The notes: generated by a model from the sequence alone, not told the origin. Positions 1 to 10,075 are shown, counted from the first letter of the stretch. The stretch is DNA of 64,000 bases from Nitrospirales bacterium (GCA_038200765.1 JBBRRK010000001.1:8975-72974); one strand, 5' to 3'. Program-made: numbers and translations.

Positions 1-153
1 TATATGGCCCCTTCTTGCCTCGTGGTTGCTTTGGGACGGGACTCGGAAGAGACGAACCTTCAGAATGAGAGACTCACTCTCCATCGGCAGAGGAATCTGT
101 TGCCGTCGACCAGCGGTCATCTTCAGAGAGATCTGACCGGTTTTTCCCTCGAG

Positions 154-501
154 TCAGAACAGTTGGGGCAGTGAGGAACCAACTGTTTCCCAGACTTGCA
201 GATAGGCCTCCTGATTGGCTTCCACGGTGAGAACTCCCGACGGTCTACTCTTCAACGCCGTTTTCGTATCCACTTCTCGCTCCTGCCCAGCTGTTCCCAG
301 AATTACAAAGCTGTAGCGGAGTCCTAGGGGCCTGAGTTGGGCGGCTGTGCCCATTGCTTTATCCAGTTGTGAATGTCCTTCCCGTGCTTGTTCAGGCCGG
401 TTTGCTCGGTGGGCCGATTCTGTCAGGGGCTTTATGGCCTGTTCTTGCTCTTTGGCCATTGAGCGCGTATCGGTTCGGTCTGGCGCTCCTCCGTAGAACA
501 A
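154..501 (-). CDS. hypothetical protein, possibly the 3' part of a frameshifted anti-sigma-like gene
   Basis: 115-aa ORF. It overlaps end-to-end with minus-strand ORFs 432-725 and 631-1074, which are in other frames and lie directly downstream of the ECF sigma gene. No motif recognised. Confidence 0.25.
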   Translation of the reverse strand: MFYGGAPDRTDTRSMAKEQEQAIKPLTESAHRANRPEQAREGHSQLDKAMGTAAQLRPLGLRYSFVILGTAGQEREVDTKTALKSRPSGVLTVEANQEAYLQVWETVGSSLPQLF

Positions 502-1009
502 AGCGCTGAAGGCCGGTGCGACGGTGCAGGCGATTCGTTCATCGGCTGGTGTCTGTAATTGTTTGGGTCCGGCACAGGGGATGGTTGTGCAGCGCTTGCT
601 GCGAGTTTCTGCTCTGCCGACGAGGTTATTTCATCGGTGGATGTACTGAGCGCAGCCATAGGCGCTTTGGTTTGTCTGTGGCCTTCGTCTTGTTCCCTTT
701 GCCGGTTCGCACGGTCTCCGGCCACATTGGAAGTTCGTTCTTTTTTTCAATGGAGGCGATGCGAACCGTTCTAGCCTGGCCGGCTTGTCGACCGTCATGT
801 CTTTTTTCGGGAGGTCGATCGCTGGAGCAAGGTTCGCTTTCGCTTTCGCCTGCGGCTCAACAGCTTGAAGTGTCGCCGTCTTTACCTCTTCGGTTGCGAC
901 CGATTGTGCCGTCTGTCTCAGACTGTCCTGATAGATTCCGACACCCAGCACGGCTGCAATGTAGGTCTCACGTGTAGATCCTATTGATCGACGTCTGCCC
1001 CATAATCGT

Positions 1010-1411
1010 TTAAATCTCGGGAAAACTTTCCCCTTCGAGTTTCCACTTGAAGAGATCGCGGCAGCGGTCGCCAAGTTGACCTATGGCGGCCAACAACCGG
1101 TCTACTCGCTGTTTTTGGTCAAGTTGCGTCGCCGGATCGATGCCGGGATCGGCGAGCGGAAGGTCATCAACCGATTCCTGATTGTACTCGCCTCGTCTAA
1201 GCGACTTGCGATGGGCGTCCAGCATCTTGAACCGCAAGATTTGAAAGGCCAGAGGAACCAGTTCGGTCAAGTTTGCAACCGTGGGGTATTTCTCATGGAG
1301 GACCACCAGCACCTCTTGAGTCAGATCCTCGGCTTGTGCCCTCGATACTCGTAATGTCGCGAAGGCGAGAATCCTTTCTCGAAGGGCGGAGAGTATCTGA
1401 TCTCGATCCAT
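1010..1411 (-). CDS. ECF-type sigma-70 family sigma factor, apparently truncated in region 4 (possible pseudogene)
   Basis: Region 2-like DLTQEVLVVLHEKY and region 4-like RCRDLFKWKLEGESFPEI. The ORF stops at an in-frame TAA (1007-1009). Similarity continues (TIMGQTSINRIYT) to a second stop. Confidence 0.65.
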   Translation of the reverse strand: MDRDQILSALRERILAFATLRVSRAQAEDLTQEVLVVLHEKYPTVANLTELVPLAFQILRFKMLDAHRKSLRRGEYNQESVDDLPLADPGIDPATQLDQKQRVDRLLAAIGQLGDRCRDLFKWKLEGESFPEI

Positions 1412-1414
1412 AGG

Positions 1415-2398
1415 TTAGGGCAAATGTGGCGACGTGGGGTGCGCGATGATCTCACCGAGTGACCGGAACCCAAGTCCCAACCCTCGACAGACGGCCACCT
1501 GTCGGTCGAATCGGTTCTTCGTGTGAATCATATCGCGGAGCGTGCCGAAGGCCACACGCCCCCACGCTGCGATGTGAAAGACCGATAAGGGATAGTCGGT
1601 GCCGAAGAGCAGCCGTTCGTGAATCTCTGGATAGTGGCGGAGGTGCAGCAGCATACGCATACGATTGGGCAGCGTCAGGGCGGAGATATCGGCGTAGAAA
1701 TGAGGATACCGTTTCGCGAGGTCTTGAAAGGTCGGCAAAAATTTCTCATAGAACATGAGCCCGTAACTGCAGGCGTGGGCCGCGATGACCGTGGCTCCTT
1801 CATCCAACGCCACACGAAGTCGATCTGGATCTCCGATCGATTGATCTTTGCCGATCAAGCTGAACTCGTAGCCGACGTGGCTGAGGAACGGCAGTTTCCG
1901 TTCGGCGAGCGCACGATAGAAGGCTTTGTACCGGCGGTCAGCCGGATTGAATTGCTGGGCATTGGGCAACACTTTAACCAGGGTGGCTCCGGCGTCGGCG
2001 CAACGATGGATTTCTTCGACGGCATCTCGTCGTTGCGGATTGATCGAGACACCGGCCAATAATTCACTGGGGTGGGCCTGCGCGGTTTTGAGCACGTGCT
2101 CGTTACTGATCAGGAAATCCGTGTGTGCCTGATTGAGCCGGCCGTTCTGGTCGTACACCCCGTCCATGCCGAGGAGTACGGCCTGCTGGACGTGACGTGA
2201 TGCGCGTATTTCGGTAAGCAGATCGTCGAGGTACTTCCTGTTCGCTTCCCGTGGGTTCGACGGAGACAGTTGGTGTTTCCACAAGAGGAATCGAAACAGC
2301 GGGCTCTTGAGCATCTTCGGCGAGATGTAGCAGCCGTTGTCGCCATCCGGAAGCGCGGCGAGGTGGACATGGCAGTCGATAAGAGTCTTGCCGGTCAT
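1415..2398 (-). CDS. amidohydrolase-family metal-dependent hydrolase
   Basis: 327 aa. CHVHLAA near the N-terminus, plus AHAC and GTDYP motifs typical of TIM-barrel amidohydrolases. Confidence 0.75.
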   Translation of the reverse strand: MTGKTLIDCHVHLAALPDGDNGCYISPKMLKSPLFRFLLWKHQLSPSNPREANRKYLDDLLTEIRASRHVQQAVLLGMDGVYDQNGRLNQAHTDFLISNEHVLKTAQAHPSELLAGVSINPQRRDAVEEIHRCADAGATLVKVLPNAQQFNPADRRYKAFYRALAERKLPFLSHVGYEFSLIGKDQSIGDPDRLRVALDEGATVIAAHACSYGLMFYEKFLPTFQDLAKRYPHFYADISALTLPNRMRMLLHLRHYPEIHERLLFGTDYPLSVFHIAAWGRVAFGTLRDMIHTKNRFDRQVAVCRGLGLGFRSLGEIIAHPTSPHLP

Positions 2399-2443
2399 AG
2401 GCGAGATGTCATTGGGGCGATCAGCTCTCAGCTTTCTGATAAC

Positions 2444-5400
2444 TCAGCCCTCAGTACTTCCTCGCAGTCGTTCCATCGCAATTCGTTTGAGGCCACGTAA
2501 GTCCATCTTGCCGGTCCCTAGCACCGGGAGGGCCTCGACTTTGACGAAGTTGGCGCGGGACGGAATGAAGAGGTTAGGGAGGCCATCGGCGGCGAGTTGA
2601 TCGAGGATCTCGGGGATACGGGCGTCATCCAGCGTGTGCAGCACCGCCAGGCGCTCACCCCTCTTTTCGTCCTGAATGCCGGTGACGGCGAAGACTTGCG
2701 TATCGGCGCCGGCGGCCTGTTGCAGCGCTTCTTCCACGCGGCCATGTGGAACCATTTCGCCGCCGATCTTCGAGAAGCGCGAGAGCCGGTCGGTGATCGT
2801 CAAGAACCCGTCTTCATCCAACATCGCGATGTCGCCTGTAATGTACCAACCATCCCGCATGGCACTGGCCGTCAGATCCTCCCGTCCCAGATAGCCCTTC
2901 ATGACGTTGGGGCCTTTGACCAGCAACATCCCAGGCGCTCCGGGTGGCAACGAGTCGAAGCTGTCGGGATCGACAATGCGCAGAAACACGCCAGGCAGCG
3001 GTTGGCCGACTGTTCCCCGCCGTGAGGCCGGTTGGAAGTATCCGGCGGCTCGGAAGTCCGGACAATTGACGGCGACGACGGGAGCACATTCGGTGATGCC
3101 GTAACCCTCTATGGGTTCGAGGCCGAACCGATCTTGAAACGCCTGCGTGAGCCGGGGCGGAAGTTTTTCAGCGCCGGTCAGGACCACGCGAAGCGAGCTG
3201 AATTGCTCCGGGGTGCAACGGCGCAGATACAGCTGGAGAAACGTCGGCGTGGTGACGAGGAACGTGATGCGATAGCGACGCACGAGTTCGCCGACGGCGA
3301 CGACGTCGAGGGGGGAGGGATGAAAGACCATCCCTGCGTTGTTGAACATGACGAGCCAGAAAACGAGATAGCCGAATGAATGAAAGAACGGAAGAATGCC
3401 AAGCACTCGCTCGTTTCGATAGAGATGAAGGACCTGACTGGCTCCCTGCTCATTGGCGTCGACGTTGAAGTGAGAGAGCATCACACCTTTCGGTTCCCCC
3501 GTGCTGCCGCTGCTGAAAATGATGGTGGCTACGTCGTCCATTGTCAGCGAGCGGTCCTGCCCGCAGGCCCGTTCGATCAACCGCGCTGGGGCGCAGAGGG
3601 CGAGGAGGCTCGCGACGAGTTTCTGTCTAGTCCCGATGGTGCGAGCGACGTCCTCCAGCCACACAATCGATGGCCCCTCCGGCAACTCTAACTTGGCCTT
3701 TTCGACGAAGACTCGGCTGGTGACGATCGTGCGAAGACCAGCGAGCCGCACGGCGGCTTCGAGACCAGATTTGCCGACCGTATAGTTCAGATTCACGCTG
3801 GTTTTCCCGCAGAGTGGAGCAGCCACGTTGACTAATGCGCCGGCGACGGTCGGAGGGAGGAGGATGCCGACATGGGGCTGGCCTTCCCAATATGGTCGAA
3901 GCATTTTGGCGAGTACAATTGATCCGATCAGGGCTTGAAGCGACGACACGTGTAGACGTGACTGGTCCGCCATGGCGAAGCGTAAGGGATGCCGTCTCAT
4001 GGCATGGATGAATTCACGATGCAGCGGGCGGCGAGAGGATTTTCGCAGGCGCCACGCCTCTTCTCCGAGTGTGCGAACCGCGTCGCGGAGCTCGTGCGCC
4101 GGCGTATCCGATGACAACGGTGTGCCGAAAGACACCGTCAATGGATATGGAATGCGCTCCGGCCATTTCGTGAGGAACCGACCGCGCTCAAAGCTGAAGA
4201 GGCTGCCCCAGACACGATCCAAGTGTGTGGGGATAACCGGCACTTGCCGTCCCTTCACAATCCGTTCGAAGCCGCGTCGGAACGGCAGCAGCGTGCCAGT
4301 GCGGGTGATTTGACCTTCAGGGAAGATGCAGACGATCTCTCCGTCGTCGAGGGCCTGTCCTGCGCTGCGCAGTGCGCGGAGGATTATGCGTGGGCCGCCG
4401 GTCGAAGCAATCGGGATGACCTTCATGGCGGTCATCAGCCATTTGAACAACGGGTGCGTCGCATAGGCGGCATCCACCACGAACCGTATGGGCCGATCGA
4501 TGCTGGCCATGAGGACGAAGCCATCGACGAACGACATATGGTTTGGGACGAGCAGCGCCCCGCCGGATTGGGGGACGTGTTGCTGGCCGACAATGCGGAG
4601 GCGATAGACCGTATTGGTCAAAATGACAAGCACCAGCCGCAGAAACACATCGGGCATCAGCCAGAGAGCCCACAGAGTGCCGCCGATGGTTACTCCGGCG
4701 GTGATGAGGAAAATATTGCTCGTTGAGAAACCGGCATTGGCAAGCGAGCCGCCGGCAAGCGATCCGAACAGGATTCCAGTGAAGACGCAGGTGTTGGAAA
4801 ACGAGATGACGGCGCCGCGCCGATCGGGTGGCGATCTCCATTGGAGAATGGCGTTCAACGGCACGAAGATGAAGGAGCAGCAGACTCCGAGGAGTCCCAA
4901 TACCAGAAACGTTCCGACCAATTGCGGGGTCAGTGCGCCGAGCAAGGACAGTGCGATGGCCGCACCCGTGGCCCCCAAGGGGATCAGTCCGTACTCAATC
5001 CGGCTCTTGGAAAGCCGTCCGACCAGCATGGCGCCGATGCCGATACCGACGGATAACAATGTGAGCGGGAGTCCCGACATCGCATCCGAGAGATGCAGAA
5101 CGGCTTTGGCATAGACGAGGATGTTTTGGGCAAAGAGGCTTGCGATGGTCCAGAAGAAGATCTCTCCGGGAATGGCAAGACGCAGCAGGCGTTCTGTCTG
5201 AATGGCAGCCCAGGCGACGCGGATCGTCGAGCCCACGCCGCCAGTCGTGCGGGCGGGTGAGACGTGAGGAACGGCAAAGGCGGCAACCAGACCGACTACT
5301 GACAAGGCGGCTAAGATGAGAGGCGCGAGCCAGCGCTGGTCACCGGCGGTCTGCAAGAGAAAACCTCCAGTTGCCGTGCCTGTCAGGATGGCGGCAAAGG

Positions 5401-5890
5401 TCCAGACTTCCAGCAGACCGTTGCCGGCAGCGAGACGTTCATGCGGGATCAACTCGGGAAGAATGCCGTATTTCGATGGGGCGAAGAGCGCGCTGTGCAC
5501 GCCCATCCCGCATAAGACGATCAACGGCAGAATACCGCCGGCGGGGTTCAACCAGAGTGCAACAGTCCCGGCGCCCATGAGGAGCACCTCAACGACTTTG
5601 ATCGATATGATGACCGTGCGTTTGCTCAGACGATCGGCCAAGGTGCCGCCGACCAATGACAACAATACCAGCGGCAAGGTGAAGATGATGAACGTCAGCG
5701 CGGTTTGCGTCTGTGCCGCCGCTTCCAGCTCAGCTCCTGGCGCCATATGCGCCGTCGCTTGCCGGATGGCCAGCAAAGCCACCATGAGCTTCCAGGCGTT
5801 GTCGTTGAACGCGCCAAAGAATTGCGCGATTAACAGTCCGCGGAGTGGATGTGGTAAGGAGCGTGGGTCTGTGTTGATCGGTGCCTTCAC
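2444..5890 (-). CDS. fused MFS lysophospholipid transporter (LplT-like) / PlsC-type acyltransferase / acyl-ACP synthetase (Aas-like)
   Basis: Multi-TM MFS N-terminus, HxxxxD acyltransferase motif NHMSFVDG, AMP-binding motif IIFSSGSTGEPKGV. Start set to GTG 5890, 8 nt after the upstream stop; the ATG at 5980 would overlap by 82 nt. Confidence 0.8.
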   Translation of the reverse strand: MKAPINTDPRSLPHPLRGLLIAQFFGAFNDNAWKLMVALLAIRQATAHMAPGAELEAAAQTQTALTFIIFTLPLVLLSLVGGTLADRLSKRTVIISIKVVEVLLMGAGTVALWLNPAGGILPLIVLCGMGVHSALFAPSKYGILPELIPHERLAAGNGLLEVWTFAAILTGTATGGFLLQTAGDQRWLAPLILAALSVVGLVAAFAVPHVSPARTTGGVGSTIRVAWAAIQTERLLRLAIPGEIFFWTIASLFAQNILVYAKAVLHLSDAMSGLPLTLLSVGIGIGAMLVGRLSKSRIEYGLIPLGATGAAIALSLLGALTPQLVGTFLVLGLLGVCCSFIFVPLNAILQWRSPPDRRGAVISFSNTCVFTGILFGSLAGGSLANAGFSTSNIFLITAGVTIGGTLWALWLMPDVFLRLVLVILTNTVYRLRIVGQQHVPQSGGALLVPNHMSFVDGFVLMASIDRPIRFVVDAAYATHPLFKWLMTAMKVIPIASTGGPRIILRALRSAGQALDDGEIVCIFPEGQITRTGTLLPFRRGFERIVKGRQVPVIPTHLDRVWGSLFSFERGRFLTKWPERIPYPLTVSFGTPLSSDTPAHELRDAVRTLGEEAWRLRKSSRRPLHREFIHAMRRHPLRFAMADQSRLHVSSLQALIGSIVLAKMLRPYWEGQPHVGILLPPTVAGALVNVAAPLCGKTSVNLNYTVGKSGLEAAVRLAGLRTIVTSRVFVEKAKLELPEGPSIVWLEDVARTIGTRQKLVASLLALCAPARLIERACGQDRSLTMDDVATIIFSSGSTGEPKGVMLSHFNVDANEQGASQVLHLYRNERVLGILPFFHSFGYLVFWLVMFNNAGMVFHPSPLDVVAVGELVRRYRITFLVTTPTFLQLYLRRCTPEQFSSLRVVLTGAEKLPPRLTQAFQDRFGLEPIEGYGITECAPVVAVNCPDFRAAGYFQPASRRGTVGQPLPGVFLRIVDPDSFDSLPPGAPGMLLVKGPNVMKGYLGREDLTASAMRDGWYITGDIAMLDEDGFLTITDRLSRFSKIGGEMVPHGRVEEALQQAAGADTQVFAVTGIQDEKRGERLAVLHTLDDARIPEILDQLAADGLPNLFIPSRANFVKVEALPVLGTGKMDLRGLKRIAMERLRGSTEG

Positions 5891-5898
5891 ACTGCGCC

Positions 5899-7770
5899 TT
5901 AGATGATTGGGTCGGGTGATGCGTCTGAGATCGGCAACCCTTCCAGCTCCATGATTCTCAACGCGTTGGTCGTGGGGCAAGGACCAGGTCTGAGCGTGTA
6001 GTCGAATTGCAGCGCGCCGGCTGCCACTGTCTCTTGAAAGTGGGCATTCCGCAATCCTGGCACCGATTTGTCGAGATCGGTCAATTCCAAATCATGTGTG
6101 GTGACCAAACCAAATCCATTACCTTGCGCGAGAGCCGTAATGAAGGCACGGCTTCCGATCAACCGTTCACGATTGTTGGTGCCTTTGAAGATTTCGTCGA
6201 TCAGGAAAATGACCGGTGGGCTGGATCGATCTGCCGTCGCGTCTAGCAGGCTTTTGAGGCGTTTGACCTCAGCATAGAAAAACGACAGACCCGCTTCGAG
6301 TGAATCATCTATGCGAATACAGGTGGCGAGGCGCACCCACGTCCACTCGAATAGATCGGCACAAACTGGAGCGCCTGCTTGAGCCAGGCAGAGATTGATG
6401 CCCAGGGTTCGCAAGAAGGTGCTTTTCCCCGACATGTTGGAGCCGGTGACCAGGAGTACGGTTCCCAATGCTTCGAGGGCGAGATCGTTCGAGATCCGGT
6501 GCGTCTCTGGAATCAGCGGATGGGCGAGGCCTTTGACAGACAGCTTGGCCTGCGTTCCATGACGCTGCGAATCGGCGGTGAATGGGTCCGGCCAGCGATA
6601 GGATGGATGGAGCGCGGCAAACGTCGCGAGCGCCGAAGCGGCCTCGACTTCGGCCAATCGATCCAGCCAGGTCGGCAGGTGGGTGGCTACCTGAGCCTGA
6701 ATCTGTTGGAGCCGATACGTGAACCACAGGTCCCATGGGCAGAACGCGTTGACAGCGAGATGGATGAGCGGATGGGCTTTGACGCTGATTGCGTGCAGGG
6801 TACGGGCCGCTTGACGGACGAGCAGAGGCGGATTCACGCCTGGTGCGAGCAGTGGCGCCCATACGTCGGAGAGCGCCGTGTGGCGAGGCCTGGCATGCCG
6901 CTCGACAAAACCCAACACCGCTCCCAGTTTCTCCAGCTCGAAGTGCACACCCACCGCATGTTCCAGTAACTCTTCGCCCTGATCGGTCCAGAAATAGAGC
7001 ACGGCATAGGGCGCGAAGGACCACATCCAATAATTCGGCAGCCAGTCGAGCAATGCACACAATCCAAGCCCGATAGTGGTGGCAGCCAGCAGGGTTTGAA
7101 TCGCTAAGATGGTCGTGAGATGGGGAAGTCCGACTGCATGATTCAGGACAGCTTCCAGCCGTCGGCCGTTGATTTCTTGTTCACCGATCAGCTGAGCTTC
7201 GAGCCCCAGCCGATCGCGGAACAGCGATCGCGGAATGAGTTCCTGTACGAGGCGACGGCGTTGAAGCCACTGGTCTGGTCCCGGCGGCTGCTCAAGAAGC
7301 CACGACTGCAGCCGCGCTTGCCCATATGAGGAGACGGTGGTGTCGAGCAGATGGAGGAGCGAGTGGGAACCGACAAGGTCCAAGTCTTTGGCATAGGGAT
7401 GGTGCTCGGGAGCACTCGACGAACGAGCGGGAATCTGAGGCCAATCCAGCTGGAGCCGGGCCAGGTGCACGAGCTTGATGTGTTTCCAGAGACGAAGCCG
7501 GTGCAAGCGACTTTCGAGCCTGTTATGATAACCGGCCACAATCAGAAACAGGGCGACGAAAGCGGTAACCGCTCCATTGCCGACTTGATACCATCCCATT
7601 TTATAGAAAGCGACCGTGCAGATCGCTCCCACGATGAACAGGATAAGACGCCAGCGGGTGAAGGCTGAACTCGAGGCGGTGGCCAGGGCGATCACGCGGT
7701 CGAGTTTCGCCATCAGACGAGTCAGCGCATGGACCTTCGTTACCGGCGTCACGGACTGCGACTGGAACAT
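5899..7770 (-). CDS. MutS-domain-V ATPase with hydrophobic N-terminal half (MutS-related, non-canonical)
   Basis: Walker A GSNMSGKST, FLIDEIFKGTN, TTHDLEL. The N-terminal part has several TM-like helices and no mismatch-binding domain. ATG 7770 chosen because 7811-8002 is a repeat. Confidence 0.75.
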   Translation of the reverse strand: MFQSQSVTPVTKVHALTRLMAKLDRVIALATASSSAFTRWRLILFIVGAICTVAFYKMGWYQVGNGAVTAFVALFLIVAGYHNRLESRLHRLRLWKHIKLVHLARLQLDWPQIPARSSSAPEHHPYAKDLDLVGSHSLLHLLDTTVSSYGQARLQSWLLEQPPGPDQWLQRRRLVQELIPRSLFRDRLGLEAQLIGEQEINGRRLEAVLNHAVGLPHLTTILAIQTLLAATTIGLGLCALLDWLPNYWMWSFAPYAVLYFWTDQGEELLEHAVGVHFELEKLGAVLGFVERHARPRHTALSDVWAPLLAPGVNPPLLVRQAARTLHAISVKAHPLIHLAVNAFCPWDLWFTYRLQQIQAQVATHLPTWLDRLAEVEAASALATFAALHPSYRWPDPFTADSQRHGTQAKLSVKGLAHPLIPETHRISNDLALEALGTVLLVTGSNMSGKSTFLRTLGINLCLAQAGAPVCADLFEWTWVRLATCIRIDDSLEAGLSFFYAEVKRLKSLLDATADRSSPPVIFLIDEIFKGTNNRERLIGSRAFITALAQGNGFGLVTTHDLELTDLDKSVPGLRNAHFQETVAAGALQFDYTLRPGPCPTTNALRIMELEGLPISDASPDPII

Positions 7771-7810
7771 AGCGCCGACCTTACTGGAAGGGGGAGAGTG
7801 CGTCAACTCC

Positions 7811-8002
7811 AGCCCGCATGACTCATGAGCGCTTCTGCTGCAATCGCGGATTCGCCGCTGCAACGAGCCTTCGGCTGGCAGGCTCGCCACTCGCTCCCTC
7901 GACGCACTGTTCAAGTACGCCTCGGGGCCTCGCGGCTCCGCATGCCCGTCTCGCAACGTGACTGGGCGATTTCTCCACCAACCGTCATGAGTAATGCGGG
8001 CT
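7811..8002. repeat. F2 repeat copy 1 (about 190 bp, terminal inverted repeats AGCCCGCATKAYTCATGA)
   Basis: Aligns by eye with 31880-32086 and, in reverse, with both arms of 49986-50401. A 32-nt block, cgcttctgctgcaatcgcggattcgccgctgc, is identical to the 50.36 kb copy. Confidence 0.8.
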
Positions 8003-8010
8003 AGTCCGTT

Positions 8011-8895
8011 ATGAAGTCAGAGGGATGGATCGATGTCCAGATTCGGACCACCGTTGATGCGGCAGAGTTGCTCGGCTTGCTGAATGATCCTGCGATCCAA
8101 GGCGGATGGGAGGAACAGGGGGTTGTCCATCTCTATTGGCAGAAACCACAGTGGAGTATGGAGGCCCATGCTCGTCTGTGCAGGACGTTGCAGGGACTTG
8201 ATCCAACTGTCTCGGACGAAAGAGACATTCGTGTTGAGGAAATACCTGATCAAGATTGGAATAGGCAGTGGGCTCAGTCGGTCAGGGCGATCAGGATCGG
8301 CAAGCGGATTGTGATCAGGCCGAGTTGGGAGCCGGTTGATCTGCAACCTAGCGATGTTGAAATAATCCTCGACCCGAAGCAGGCATTCGGCACGGGTCAT
8401 CACGCGACGACCAGGATGTTGCTGGAATGGCTTGAAGACCTGATTCACGGCGGCGAGTCCGTCCTGGATGTGGGGGCTGGGAGCGGCATTTTGGCGATGG
8501 TTGCATTGCGGCTTGGGGCAGCCTCGGCTCTCGGAGTAGAATGCGATCCTGTGGCGGTGGATTGCGCGCGCGACTATGCCACAGAGAACGGATTCGGAAA
8601 CAACCTGGCATTTCGGTGCGATACACTGATGGACATTGACCGGCATGGCGAGCTACGGCCGGATCTGGTACTCGCCAATCTCGACCGCCACACGCTGGTG
8701 CTGCTGTGCGATGCATTGGCGCAGTACGTGAGCCACGGTGCGCGGCTCTTGCTGTCCGGCATTCTCATCGAGCAGGAACGAGAGATCGTCGAGGCATTCT
8801 CCAAGGTCGGCGCCATGTTGTTGCAGCGGCGTGAACAAGAGGGCTGGGTGGCGTTGGAATTGTTGATGCCAGAATCCTGCGAAGGAGTGAGTTGA
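8011..8895 (+). CDS. prmA: ribosomal protein L11 methyltransferase
   Basis: 294 aa. AFGTGHHATTRMLLEWLE and SAM motif VLDVGAGSGILAM. Confidence 0.9.
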   Translation: MKSEGWIDVQIRTTVDAAELLGLLNDPAIQGGWEEQGVVHLYWQKPQWSMEAHARLCRTLQGLDPTVSDERDIRVEEIPDQDWNRQWAQSVRAIRIGKRIVIRPSWEPVDLQPSDVEIILDPKQAFGTGHHATTRMLLEWLEDLIHGGESVLDVGAGSGILAMVALRLGAASALGVECDPVAVDCARDYATENGFGNNLAFRCDTLMDIDRHGELRPDLVLANLDRHTLVLLCDALAQYVSHGARLLLSGILIEQEREIVEAFSKVGAMLLQRREQEGWVALELLMPESCEGVS

Positions 8896-9395
8896 TGACT
8901 GAGAATAGACGACCACCCTATCCCCATCTGTACCAGATTAATGTGTCAGACGGAGGTGTGCCGAAACGGCCTGTATCGGAGGCCATCATCACGAAAGCCG
9001 GAGTCGGGGGCGATCGGCAGCAAAACCTCAAAGTGCATGGCGGCCCCGATCGTGCGATCTGTCTCTATTTGCAAGAGCTGATCGAGCGGCTGCAGGACGA
9101 GGGCCATTCGATCGAGGCCGGGTCCTCAGGAGAGAATCTGACCCTCGCAGGGCTTGAATGGGAGAAGCTGACACCAGGGGATCGGCTCCAGATCGGACCA
9201 GAGGTCCAGGTAGAGGTTGTGAGTTACACAAGTCCCTGCGACAAGAACGCCCAGTGGTTTCGGGACAGAGACTACAAGCGTGTGTCCCAGAAACTGAACC
9301 CAGGATGGAGTCGGCTCTACGCAAAAGTGCTGCGCGAGGGTGTGGTGAGGCCAGGGGACGAAGTGGTGGTCAAGCCCGGGGAACGTGTTGCATGA
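8892..9395 (+). CDS. MOSC domain protein (YiiM-like)
   Basis: 167 aa with a 4-nt overlap with prmA. KVHGGPDRAICLY, GENLTLAGL and SYTSPC pattern. Confidence 0.7.
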   Translation: MMTENRRPPYPHLYQINVSDGGVPKRPVSEAIITKAGVGGDRQQNLKVHGGPDRAICLYLQELIERLQDEGHSIEAGSSGENLTLAGLEWEKLTPGDRLQIGPEVQVEVVSYTSPCDKNAQWFRDRDYKRVSQKLNPGWSRLYAKVLREGVVRPGDEVVVKPGERVA

Positions 9396-9405
9396 TGAAG
9401 GGTGA

Positions 9406-10071
9406 ATGACTATGGATCGTATGCTCGAACCGGAGCTGATGGACGATCCTGAGCAGGCGCTGGTCTATGCGCGGGCGGATTTCGAAAAGGAAAATCAGGG
9501 TTTCGTGGATCGCTTTCACGAATACTTTCCCGATTTTTCTGAAGGGCATGTGCTCGACCTGGGCTGCGGGCCAGGCGACATTCCTATTCGGTTCGCTCGG
9601 GCGTTTCCTTCTTGCCATCTCACCGGCGTCGATGCGTCGGAGCCGATGGTGCGGTTGGCTGAAGAAGCCGTGCAACAGGCTGACTTGTCCGGTCGCATCG
9701 CCTTCCGCTGTGAACGCTTTCAAGATCTCGCCGGCGCCAATGTCGCCGATGCCGCCATCTCCAATAGTCTGCTGCATCATGTGCCGAATCCCCTACAGTT
9801 TTGGCACAAGTTACGATTGGCCGTGAAGCCAGGCTCCCCTGTGCTCGTGATGGATCTGCTCAGACCGGAATCGCCGGAAGAGGCACAGGCCATGGTTGAT
9901 CGGTATGCTTCCGGGGCTCCGGACATTCTGAGGAGAGATTTCTACAACTCACTGCTTGCGGCATTTACGGAAGATGAAATCAGCGCGCAGCTAGCCCGGA
10001 TGAATCTCACACGCCTGATCATCGATGTGCCGGATGATCGGCATTGGGTCGTCGGCGGCATCATCCATTAA
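9406..10071 (+). CDS. class I SAM-dependent methyltransferase
   Basis: 221 aa. Motif I VLDLGCGPGD. Confidence 0.75.
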   Translation: MTMDRMLEPELMDDPEQALVYARADFEKENQGFVDRFHEYFPDFSEGHVLDLGCGPGDIPIRFARAFPSCHLTGVDASEPMVRLAEEAVQQADLSGRIAFRCERFQDLAGANVADAAISNSLLHHVPNPLQFWHKLRLAVKPGSPVLVMDLLRPESPEEAQAMVDRYASGAPDILRRDFYNSLLAAFTEDEISAQLARMNLTRLIIDVPDDRHWVVGGIIH

Positions 10072-10075
10072 TCCT

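Noticed and set aside
961-1010. Stop-codon recoding or an alternative genetic code as an explanation for the in-frame TAA, TGA and TAG codons (also at 32964 and 55397)
   Set aside because: All three stop codons terminate well-supported genes normally across the window. The affected genes also carry frameshifts or deletions. Pseudogenisation is the simpler reading.
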